Virus record (IMG/VR): IMGVR_UViG_2734482537_000014
DNA from: a virus
Lineage: Duplodnaviria > Heunggongvirae > Uroviricota > Caudoviricetes
Reading direction: 5' to 3' (one strand)
DNA length: 43,839 nucleotides
Notes under the pieces: generated by a model
Seen by the model: only the letters and a program-made list of their open reading frames with translations
The model's database searches: none
Told to the model about the DNA's origin: nothing
Made by a program: the position numbers and the translations under genes
In this document: piece after piece, positions 18,761 to 26,701 of the stretch
How the letters are laid out: every line of letters begins with the position of its first letter
Numbering within the stretch: position 1 is the stretch's first letter

Positions 18761-19156
18761 GTGGGATTAAAGAAAATCGTTATGTTGACTTTTTGGGTCG
18801 GTTTTGTTGCGGGATGCACACCTTTACACCCTTCAGATTGCCACAAAACTACTGCTACAGGTAGTTGCAGTTCAGGACGCTGGGATGATCAGGATGAATG
18901 GGGGGCGCAAGCGCGGGGAATCAGAGCTGCAATTAATGCCAAACTTGATGAGCCGCATAACTGGAAAGGGAAAAAATGCAGGTTGCATATGGAATTCTCT
19001 CAGGATGGCACGGCGTTAAAAATATCTACCAGTAACGGTGATAAAGCCTATTGCGAAGCGATAAAGTCCGCAGCTCATAAAGCCAAATTTCCGGCCTTCA
19101 ACAATCCGGAAGTCTACAGAGATTTTCAGAAATCTGGCTTTGACATGCGAGGTTAG
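18761..19156 (+). CDS. Paralogous lipoprotein, TolA C-terminal-like, 131 aa
   Basis: ORF 18761..19156 plus, GTG start after GAGGAG; lipobox VAGC; shares the C-x-L-x-M...G-x-L...GD...C-x-A...A...PEVY-x-x-FQ pattern with the upstream gene. Confidence 0.6.
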   Translation: MGLKKIVMLTFWVGFVAGCTPLHPSDCHKTTATGSCSSGRWDDQDEWGAQARGIRAAINAKLDEPHNWKGKKCRLHMEFSQDGTALKISTSNGDKAYCEAIKSAAHKAKFPAFNNPEVYRDFQKSGFDMRG

Positions 19157-19281
19157 CTCTTCAATTACTATATCTCATTCATAGCAAACTGACAGATTTG
19201 ATGATGTTCTATATACGAAACCTGTGATGTCAAGTCTGAGCTAATACAAATAAACATAATATCAGAGAAATACATTTTATT

Positions 19282-19305
19282 AGCTCGCTACGGCGAGCTT
19301 TTTAT
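19282..19305 (+). terminator. Intrinsic terminator upstream of the holin gene
   Basis: AGCTCGC-tacg-GCGAGCT followed by TTTTTAT. Confidence 0.45.
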
Positions 19306-19407
19306 ATTGCATCGTCTCCAGCATATATATCAATTAAGGCTCTGATTGATGTGTCTGAAAGCCTACACATAATAACTATGCCATCCGTTCCGTGCGGAGG
19401 TGAGGCT

Positions 19408-19623
19408 ATGAAATCCATGGACAAAATTTCAACAGGCATTGCCTACGGCACCTCCGCAGGCAGTGCTGGCTACTGGTTTTTACAGTTGCTCGATAGAGTA
19501 ACTCCGTCACAGTGGGCTGCAATCGGTGTGCTGGGTAGTCTGGTATTTGGCCTGCTGACGTACCTGACAAACCTTTATTTCAAGATTAAAGAAGATAAGC
19601 GCAAGGCTGCGAGAGGTGAATAA
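19408..19623 (+). CDS. Holin, phage 21 S-like pinholin, with dual-start motif MKSM
   Basis: ORF 19351..19623 plus; ATG 19408 after GGAGGTGAGG; [24 protein letters not shown]...[13 protein letters not shown] with two hydrophobic segments and a charged C-terminus; second in-frame ATG at codon 4. Confidence 0.8.
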   Translation: MKSMDKISTGIAYGTSAGSAGYWFLQLLDRVTPSQWAAIGVLGSLVFGLLTYLTNLYFKIKEDKRKAARGE

Positions 19624-20120
19624 TGCCTCCATCATTACGAAAAGTCGTTGCTGCTGCTATTGGTGGCGGAGCAATTGCTATAGCATCAGTGTTAATCACT
19701 GGCCCAAGTGGTAACGATGGTCTGGAAGGTGTCAGCTACATACCATACAAAGATATTGTTGGTGTATGGACTGTATGTCACGGGCATACAGGAAAAGACA
19801 TCATGCTCGGTAAAACGTATACCAAAGCAGAATGCAAAACACTCTTGAATAAAGACCTTGCCACTGTCGCCAGACAAATTAACCCGTACATCAAAGTCGA
19901 TATACCGGAAACAACGCGCGGCGCTCTTTACTCATTCGTTTACAACGTGGGTGCTGGCAATTTCAGAACATCGACGCTTCTTCGCAAAATAAACCAGGGC
20001 GATATCAAAGGCGCATGTGATCAGCTACGTCGCTGGACATATGCTGGCGGTAAGCAATGGAAAGGTCTCATGACTCGTCGTGAGATTGAGCGTGAAGTCT
20101 GTTTGTGGGGGCAGCAATGA
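19623..20120 (+). CDS. SAR endolysin (T4-lysozyme-family muramidase with N-terminal signal-anchor-release segment), 165 aa
   Basis: ORF 19623..20120 plus, ATG overlaps the holin stop; Gly/Ala-rich hydrophobic N-terminus [27 protein letters not shown], then lysozyme-like core. Confidence 0.85.
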   Translation: MPPSLRKVVAAAIGGGAIAIASVLITGPSGNDGLEGVSYIPYKDIVGVWTVCHGHTGKDIMLGKTYTKAECKTLLNKDLATVARQINPYIKVDIPETTRGALYSFVYNVGAGNFRTSTLLRKINQGDIKGACDQLRRWTYAGGKQWKGLMTRREIEREVCLWGQQ

Positions 20121-20686
20121 GCAGAGTCACCGCGATTATCTCCGCTCTGGTTATCTGCATCATCGTCTGCCTGTCATGGGCTGTTAATCATTACCGTGAT
20201 AACGCCATTACCTACAAAGCCCAGCGCGACAAAAATGCCAGAGAACTGAAGCTGGCGAACGCGGCAATTACTGACATGCAGATGCGTCAGCGTGATGTTN
20301 NNNNNNNNNNNNNNNNNNNNNNNNNNNNNNNNNNNNNNNNNNNNNNNNNNNNNNNNNNNNNNNNNNNNNNNNNNNNNNNNNNNNNNNNNNNNCAGCGTGA
20401 TGTTAATGCACTCGATGCTAAATACACGAAGGAGTTAGCTGATGCGAAAGCTGAAAATGATGCTCTGCGTGATGATGTTGCCGCTGGTCGTCGTCGGTTG
20501 CACATCAAAGCAGTCTGTCAGTCAGTGCGTGAAGCCACCACCGCCTCCGGCGTGGATAATGCAGCCTCCCCCCGACTGGCAGACACCGCTGAACGGGATT
20601 ATTTCACCCTCCGGGAACGACTGGTAATGATGCAGGCCCAACTTGAAGGTGCTCAGCAATACATAACCGAGCAGTGTTTAAAGTAA
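20117..20686 (+). CDS. Rz i-spanin, interrupted by a 93-N in-frame gap
   Basis: ORF 20105..20686 plus; [61 protein letters not shown] [gap] [28 protein letters not shown]... resembles lambda Rz as recalled; embedded Rz1 in the +1 frame. Confidence 0.7.
   Translation: MSRVTAIISALVICIIVCLSWAVNHYRDNAITYKAQRDKNARELKLANAAITDMQMRQRDVXXXXXXXXXXXXXXXXXXXXXXXXXXXXXXXQRDVNALDAKYTKELADAKAENDALRDDVAAGRRRLHIKAVCQSVREATTASGVDNAASPRLADTAERDYFTLRERLVMMQAQLEGAQQYITEQCLK
20300..20392. other. Run of 93 N (assembly gap or masked sequence) flanked by identical 12-mers
   Basis: Ns at 20300-20392; CAGCGTGATGTT at 20288-20299 and again at 20393-20404; 93 is a multiple of 3, so the Rz frame is preserved. Confidence 0.9.
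20442..20627 (+). CDS. Rz1 o-spanin lipoprotein, 61 aa, embedded in Rz
   Basis: ORF 20442..20627 plus; [52 protein letters not shown] with lipobox VVGC and proline-rich body. Confidence 0.75.
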   Translation: MRKLKMMLCVMMLPLVVVGCTSKQSVSQCVKPPPPPAWIMQPPPDWQTPLNGIISPSGNDW

Positions 20687-20823
20687 AATCTTAACTACAA
20701 TATGATTCATTTTGATGATTGTTTCATAAGGAACAGTGAAGTAAGATCTAAGAGGAGTTAAATTTTATACAGTATAATCATAATATTGCAGCAAGGTGGT
20801 TATAATTGAAAGAATATTTAGAT

Positions 20824-22281
20824 ATGAATACATCTCATGTAAGAGTTGTTACTCATATGTGTGGGTTCCTGGTTTGGCTCTATAGTCTTTCAATGTTGCC
20901 ACCAATGGTTGTAGCATTGTTTTATAAAGAAAAAAGCCTGTTCGTTTTCTTTATAACTTTCGTTATATTTTTTTGCATTGGTGGCGGAGCGTGGTATACA
21001 ACTAAGAAATCTGGCATTCAATTACGTACCCGTGATGGGTTTATTATAATTGTAATGTTTTGGATTTTGTTTTCTGTTATTAGTGCATTCCCTTTATGGA
21101 TTGACTCAGAACTTAATTTAACGTTCATTGATGCTCTGTTTGAAGGGGTTTCTGGAATAACAACAACAGGAGCAACTGTAATTGATGATGTTAGTTCATT
21201 ACCTCGGGCATATTTGTACTATCGGTCACAGTTAAATTTTATAGGTGGTTTAGGAGTTATTGTTCTGGCGGTTGCAGTATTGCCATTATTGGGTATTGGT
21301 GGTGCAAAGCTTTATCAGTCAGAAATGCCGGGGCCATTTAAGGATGACAAACTCACTCCCCGCCTGGCCGATACGTCACGGACACTGTGGATAACTTATT
21401 CTTTATTAGGTATTGCTTGTATTGTCTGTTATAGACTTGCAGGAATGCCTTTGTTTGATGCTATTTGTCACGGGATTTCCACAGTTTCGCTTGGTGGTTT
21501 CTCAACTCATAGCGAGAGTATCGGATATTTTAATAACTATTTGGTTGAGCTGGTGGCTGGTTCTTTTTCCCTGCTATCGGCTTTCAACTTCACTCTTTGG
21601 TATATTGTTATTAGCAGAAAAACGATAAAACCTTTAATCAGAGATATTGAACTTCGTTTCTTTCTGTTAATAGCCTTAGGGGTGATCATTGTTACCTCTT
21701 TCCAGGTCTGGCATATAGGTATGTATGACTTGCATGGAAGTTTTATTCATTCGTTTTTTCTTGCCAGCTCCATGCTCACTGATAATGGTTTAGCTACGCA
21801 GGATTATGCAAACTGGCCCACGCACACGATAGTGTTTTTGCTGTTGTCAAGTTTCTTTGGGGGATGTATAGGTTCAACCTGTGGTGGAATTAAGTCACTT
21901 CGATTTCTTATACTTTTCAAACAAAGCAAACACGAGATAAATCAGCTTTCTCATCCCAGAGCGTTGTTGAGTGTAAATGTAGGAGGGAAGATAGTTACAG
22001 ATCGTGTAATGAGGTCTGTATGGAGTTTCTTTTTTCTTTATACTCTCTTCACGGTGTTTTTTATACTGGTGTTAAATGGTATGGGATATGATTTTCTTAC
22101 ATCATTTGCAACAGTGGCTGCATGTATTAATAATATGGGATTAGGTTTTGGGGCTACTGCATCGTCATTCGGAGTGCTTAATGACATTGCAAAATATTTA
22201 ATGTGCATAGCTATGATTCTTGGTCGCCTTGAAATTTATCCTGTTATTATATTGTTTTCAGGTTTTTTTTGGCGCTCCTAA
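20824..22281 (+). CDS. trkG: TrkG potassium uptake protein (Trk system membrane subunit), 485 aa
   Basis: ORF 20806..22281 plus (TTG in track); ATG at 20824 gives MNTSHVRVVTHMCGFLVWLYSLSMLPPMVVALFYKEKSLF...; polytopic membrane protein; AT-rich relative to phage genes; known Rac cargo gene. Confidence 0.85.
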   Translation: MNTSHVRVVTHMCGFLVWLYSLSMLPPMVVALFYKEKSLFVFFITFVIFFCIGGGAWYTTKKSGIQLRTRDGFIIIVMFWILFSVISAFPLWIDSELNLTFIDALFEGVSGITTTGATVIDDVSSLPRAYLYYRSQLNFIGGLGVIVLAVAVLPLLGIGGAKLYQSEMPGPFKDDKLTPRLADTSRTLWITYSLLGIACIVCYRLAGMPLFDAICHGISTVSLGGFSTHSESIGYFNNYLVELVAGSFSLLSAFNFTLWYIVISRKTIKPLIRDIELRFFLLIALGVIIVTSFQVWHIGMYDLHGSFIHSFFLASSMLTDNGLATQDYANWPTHTIVFLLLSSFFGGCIGSTCGGIKSLRFLILFKQSKHEINQLSHPRALLSVNVGGKIVTDRVMRSVWSFFFLYTLFTVFFILVLNGMGYDFLTSFATVAACINNMGLGFGATASSFGVLNDIAKYLMCIAMILGRLEIYPVIILFSGFFWRS

Positions 22282-22418
22282 TATATGGCTGATTTATAAT
22301 TGTGAGTTTAATATTATGTTGACTCACTCATTGATCCAATACCTAACTTTACCAGCAACACCTCCGCCCCCAGTAGCACTGGCTGCTGGGGTGCGTTTTA
22401 TTCATAAAGCAAGGCTGT

Positions 22419-23207
22419 ATGAGCGAGAAATTAAAGATAGTCTATCGCCCATTACAAGAATTGTCACCGTATGCGCACAACGCCAGGACGCACAGTACTG
22501 AGCAGGTGGCACAACTGGTAGAAAGTATTAAGCAATTCGGCTGGACTAATCCGGTGCTGATTGACGAAAAGGGCGAAATTATTGCGGGTCACGGTCGTGT
22601 TATGGCGGCTGAAATGCTCAAAATGGATTCTGTTCCGGTCATTGTTCTGTCTGGCCTGACGGATGAGCAGAAAAAGGCGTACCGCCTGGCAGATAATCGC
22701 CTGCCGATGAATGCTGGCTGGGATGAAGATCTGTTGCGGATGGAGCTGTCGGACCTAATCAATGCTGATTTTGATGTCTCCCTGACAGGCTTCATCCCGG
22801 CAGAAATTGATGAACTGTTGACGGATGTTTTGCCCGGTACAGGAAATGAGGAGGAGCCGTATACGACGAAAATTGATACGCCTGTTTATGAGCCGTCAGG
22901 CGGTAAACCGGATATCAGTGAACTGTACGACGATACGAAAACTCAGGAGCTGATCAGCCGGATACGTTCGGCGTCCCTTGATCCTGATATTGAGAAATTC
23001 CTCCTGTGTGCAGCAGAACGTCACACGGTGTTTAATTTCAGCAGAATTGCGGACTATTACGCTCATGCCCCCGCTGAAATTCAGTGCCTTTTCGAGGAGT
23101 CGGCGCTGGTGATCATTGATTATCAGCAGGCTATTGAAAATGGATTTGTCCGAATGACGCAGCGCATGGTGGAGATCATGCATGGCGGGGAGGAGGAATA
23201 TGCGTGA
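22419..23207 (+). CDS. ParB-like nuclease-domain protein (YnaK position), 262 aa
   Basis: ORF 22419..23207 plus; N-terminal KIVYRPLQELSPYAHNARTHSTEQVAQLVESIKQFGWTNPVLI...IIAGHGR fits the ParB/Srx-type domain pattern. Confidence 0.65.
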   Translation: MSEKLKIVYRPLQELSPYAHNARTHSTEQVAQLVESIKQFGWTNPVLIDEKGEIIAGHGRVMAAEMLKMDSVPVIVLSGLTDEQKKAYRLADNRLPMNAGWDEDLLRMELSDLINADFDVSLTGFIPAEIDELLTDVLPGTGNEEEPYTTKIDTPVYEPSGGKPDISELYDDTKTQELISRIRSASLDPDIEKFLLCAAERHTVFNFSRIADYYAHAPAEIQCLFEESALVIIDYQQAIENGFVRMTQRMVEIMHGGEEEYA

Positions 23208-24132
23208 TGATTTTTGCGCCTTTATTCTGACTCACGGGCGACCGGACAAAGTTCTGACTTACCGGACGTTGCGTCGTGCTGGCTATACCGGGAAAATTTT
23301 TATCGTTGTTGATGATGAAGATAAGACACGGCATCAGTACATGGCTGAATTTGGTGAACAGGTGCTGGTATTTTCCAAAGCCGATATTGCTAGTCGTTTT
23401 GACGAAGCCGATAATTTTAGTGACCGCCGCTCAATTTTTTACGCCCGTAATGCCTGTTTCGACCAGGCAAAACTGGTCGGGTGTAAATACTTCATTCAGC
23501 TCGATGATGATTATCACGAGTTCCAGTTTCGGGTGGATCGCAACTATGACCAGGCCTATTTCCCGATAAGGAAACTGGATGAGATCCTTTCTGAAATGCT
23601 TGCGTACTACGAATCAATACCTGCTCTTTCCATCGCTATGTCGCAGGGCGGGGATTTTCTTGGTGACAATGGCGGCCATGCTTCGTGGGTGAAACGCAAG
23701 GCAATGAACAGCTTTATCTGTTCGGTTGATCGACCGTTCTCATTCATGGGGCGCATTAACGAGGATGTGAATACGTACACGAATCTCGGTCGCTGTGGTG
23801 AATTGTTTATGACGATCGGTGCTGTCCAGTTAGGGCAGAAACAGACGCAGAAAAACAGCGGCGGAATGACCGAGCTGTATCTGGATTCCGGAACCTACGT
23901 TAAAAGTTTTTACTCCGTCATGTATGCGCCGTCGTGCGTAAAAATCTCACTTATGGGTGCCAGTCATAAACGCATTCACCATCAGGTCACCTGGAACAAC
24001 GCTGCAGTAAAAATCCTTCACGAAAAATACAGGAAGAAGACACCCTGCATATCAATGGGGGTGACAAATGATTCCGTATTCGAAAGTCGAGTCTCTGGCA
24101 GCGTGCCGGATGACTGCACAACAAATCGCTGA
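23200..24132 (+). CDS. Hypothetical protein, about 310 aa, with GT-A glycosyltransferase-like motifs (tentative)
   Basis: ORF 23182..24132 plus; ATG 23200 after GGGGAGGAGG; motifs FIVVDDEDK and IQLDDDY resemble the nucleotide-binding and DxD motifs of GT-A fold enzymes; not confirmed. Confidence 0.45.
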   Translation: MRDDFCAFILTHGRPDKVLTYRTLRRAGYTGKIFIVVDDEDKTRHQYMAEFGEQVLVFSKADIASRFDEADNFSDRRSIFYARNACFDQAKLVGCKYFIQLDDDYHEFQFRVDRNYDQAYFPIRKLDEILSEMLAYYESIPALSIAMSQGGDFLGDNGGHASWVKRKAMNSFICSVDRPFSFMGRINEDVNTYTNLGRCGELFMTIGAVQLGQKQTQKNSGGMTELYLDSGTYVKSFYSVMYAPSCVKISLMGASHKRIHHQVTWNNAAVKILHEKYRKKTPCISMGVTNDSVFESRVSGSVPDDCTTNR

Positions 24133-24319
24133 CGTTCTGGATGTTGATCTGAACCGACTGAAAGAAAATCGGGAAGCAATGACAGATTTTTATGCGGCCA
24201 TCCGTAAGGGCAGAGCGAAAGGTGAAGCCGAGTTACGAGCGGCATTGTTTAAGCTTGCCAGAAAAGGGGATGCCTTTGCTCTGCGCGAACTACTCAGGGT
24301 GGATAAAAATCAGGACTAA
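24068..24319 (+). CDS. Small HTH-like protein upstream of terS, 83 aa
   Basis: ORF 24068..24319 plus; GGGGGTGA Shine-Dalgarno before ATG 24068; overlaps the 3' end of the previous ORF; helix-turn-helix-like MTAQQIADVLDVDLNRLKE. Confidence 0.4.
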   Translation: MIPYSKVESLAACRMTAQQIADVLDVDLNRLKENREAMTDFYAAIRKGRAKGEAELRAALFKLARKGDAFALRELLRVDKNQD

Positions 24320-24322
24320 CTG

Positions 24323-25417
24323 ATGAGCAGACCGGACTGGGGGGCGTTGCAGCAGGAGTATATTGCTGAATACACCCGCTCCGGTATATCTCCGGTGGCA
24401 TGGTGTGAAGCAAGGGGACTGAATTACGCAACAGCCCGTCGTTACATCAAAAAAACTCCGAAAAATGCGCAGACAGAAATGTGCAAAACTGCGCAAAAAA
24501 GTGCGCAGAAAAAATCTGCGCAGACTGCACAAAAGCGGAACGAAAAATCTCAGGAAAAAAAGCCAGTATTCGATGCGGGCCTGAATGAGGGCGACGCGGA
24601 GGAATTTTCGTTCTGTCCCGATGAATTCGGCATTTCTGACCAGCAGGCTAAGTTTGCGATGCTTGTTGCTCAGGGTAAAAAGCCGACAGAGGCGTACCGA
24701 CTAGCCGGTTATGAGGGGCAAGGTGCGACAGCTAACAGCAACGCCAGTCGTATGCTTAGAAATGCCAGGGTTTTTCGCGCTATCAGCTACTTCCGCAATC
24801 AGTACCAGAAACGCTATACCGCAGACCTGGATTTACTAGTGAGTCAGTTGATGGCTATTGTCCTGGCCGACCCCAATCAGCTTGCACAATTTCGCCGTGT
24901 TAACTGCCGTTATTGCTGGGGCGAGAATCATCTCTACCAGTGGCGCGATATAGCAGAATTCGACAAGGCAGCGGCGCAGGCTTCCAGAGATGGCAAACCC
25001 GAACCGGAATATGGAGGCCTCGGCTTTGTTGATAACGCCATACCCAATCCGGACTGCCCGAAGTGCTGCGGTGAGGGAACGGGACAGCTTTATATGGCTG
25101 ATACCACTCTGCTTGATGGGGATGCGCGGCAATTATATGCAGGGGCAAAATTCGGAAAATTCGGCGTTGAGATCCTGCTGGAGGATAAGGCTGCCGCCCG
25201 GCGTGAATTGTTGCGTTTGTTTTCTGCTGGCGGGGCTTTATGTGCAGATAAGCGGCTACGGGAACTGGAAATTGAACGGCGCAGAATGGAAAACCAGAAG
25301 CTGCGCAAAGAGATCGAAACGGTGGAAGATAATGAACATCCCCAGCCTGTGGCGATCAATATTAATGTGGTTGATGCCAGAGTAAGGAGTGATGAAGATG
25401 ATCTCTCCGACGCTTAA
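24323..25417 (+). CDS. Terminase small subunit with N-terminal HTH extension, 364 aa
   Basis: ORF 24323..25417 plus; internal segment GISDQQAKFAMLVAQGKKPTEAYRLAGYEG fits the small-terminase signature; immediately upstream of and overlapping the large terminase gene. Confidence 0.7.
   Translation: MSRPDWGALQQEYIAEYTRSGISPVAWCEARGLNYATARRYIKKTPKNAQTEMCKTAQKSAQKKSAQTAQKRNEKSQEKKPVFDAGLNEGDAEEFSFCPDEFGISDQQAKFAMLVAQGKKPTEAYRLAGYEGQGATANSNASRMLRNARVFRAISYFRNQYQKRYTADLDLLVSQLMAIVLADPNQLAQFRRVNCRYCWGENHLYQWRDIAEFDKAAAQASRDGKPEPEYGGLGFVDNAIPNPDCPKCCGEGTGQLYMADTTLLDGDARQLYAGAKFGKFGVEILLEDKAAARRELLRLFSAGGALCADKRLRELEIERRRMENQKLRKEIETVEDNEHPQPVAININVVDARVRSDEDDLSDA
24466..24531. repeat. Array of TG(C/T)GCA hexamers inside terS (candidate pac/recognition site)
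   Basis: TGCGCA at 24466, 24490, 24502, 24517; TGTGCA at 24480; TGCACA at 24526; spacing 9-15 bp, each followed by an A-rich run; encodes the low-complexity AQK-rich peptide. Confidence 0.3.
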
Positions 25418-26699
25418 TGTGCCTCAGGCGCGATTTCTTTCAATGCCCCATAAATTTAAAGCCTATATTGCTGGTTTTGGCTCGGGCAAAACATGGGTTG
25501 GGTGTGGCGGCATATGCAAGGGGATTTGGGAGCATCCAGGTATAAATCAGGGATATTTTGCGCCAACGTATCCCCAAATTCGCGATATTTTTTACCCTAC
25601 AGTGGAAGAAGTTGCTGCTGACTGGGGATTGAACGTAAAAATTAATGAGGGAAATAAAGAGGTTCACTTTTATTACGGACGCCAGTATCGGGGAACCACT
25701 ATCTGCAGATCGATGGAGAAGCCACAAACGATCGTCGGTTTCAAAATTGGTAATGCGTTGGTGGATGAACTGGACATTTTGCCGAAGGAAAAAGCCAGAA
25801 CGGCGTGGCGCAAGATAATTGCACGTATGCGTTATAAGATTGATGGACTTCGCAACGGTATTGACGTTACAACCACGCCGGAAGGATTCAAATTTGTCTA
25901 CGAGCAGTTTGTTAAAGCCGTGCGTGAAAAAACAGAGCTGGCCTCACTGTATGGTCTGGTGCAGGCATCTACTTTCGATAATGAAAAGAACCTGCCAGCA
26001 GATTACATTCCTTCGCTTCTTGAATCATACCCTCCAGAGCTGATTAAAGCCTATCTTCGAGGACAGTTTACTAACCTGACAAGTGGTACTGTTTACCATC
26101 AGTTTGACCGGAAACTGAATAATTGCGAAGAAGTGGAGCAGCCAGGGGAGCCGATTTATATTGGGATGGATTTTAACGTTGGAAAGATGGCGGGAATCGT
26201 CCATGTGCTGCGTTTGGGGCTTCCATGTGCGGTAACTGAAATCATCAATGCCTACGATACGCCGGATATGATCCGCATCATTAAAGAACGCTTCTGGCTG
26301 TATGATGGGAATGATTACCGGAAAGTGAGGGAAATTTATATTTATCCAGATGCTTCCGGGGATTCCAGAAAATCAAGTAACGCAAGTACGACGGATATAG
26401 CCCAGCTTAAGCAGGCTGGTTTTAACGTTGTGGTGAACAGCTCGAACCCGCCAGTAAAAGATCGCGTTAACTCAATGAATGCAATGTTCTGCAATGCCAA
26501 TGGTGAGCGTCGCTATAAAGTTAATGTGAAGCGTTGCCCGTTATATGCCGAATCTCTGGAGCAACAGGTCTGGGATGAGAAGGGGGAGCCTGATAAAAAA
26601 TCTGGCAATGATCACCCGAATGATGCCGGAGGTTATTTCATCGTTAAGCAATTCCCTATTGTCAAACCGACCGGAAGAGTCACATCACTTCGGATTTAA
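25389..26699 (+). CDS. Terminase large subunit, 436 aa
   Basis: ORF 25389..26699 plus; Walker A-like AGFGSGKT near the N-terminus; C-terminal nuclease-like region. Confidence 0.85.
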   Translation: MMKMISPTLNVPQARFLSMPHKFKAYIAGFGSGKTWVGCGGICKGIWEHPGINQGYFAPTYPQIRDIFYPTVEEVAADWGLNVKINEGNKEVHFYYGRQYRGTTICRSMEKPQTIVGFKIGNALVDELDILPKEKARTAWRKIIARMRYKIDGLRNGIDVTTTPEGFKFVYEQFVKAVREKTELASLYGLVQASTFDNEKNLPADYIPSLLESYPPELIKAYLRGQFTNLTSGTVYHQFDRKLNNCEEVEQPGEPIYIGMDFNVGKMAGIVHVLRLGLPCAVTEIINAYDTPDMIRIIKERFWLYDGNDYRKVREIYIYPDASGDSRKSSNASTTDIAQLKQAGFNVVVNSSNPPVKDRVNSMNAMFCNANGERRYKVNVKRCPLYAESLEQQVWDEKGEPDKKSGNDHPNDAGGYFIVKQFPIVKPTGRVTSLRI

Positions 26700-26701
26700 T
26701 T

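Noticed and set aside
22220-22501. 93-aa ORF overlapping the trkG 3' end and the ParB-like gene start
   Set aside because: Overlaps two better-supported genes in other frames; no start context.
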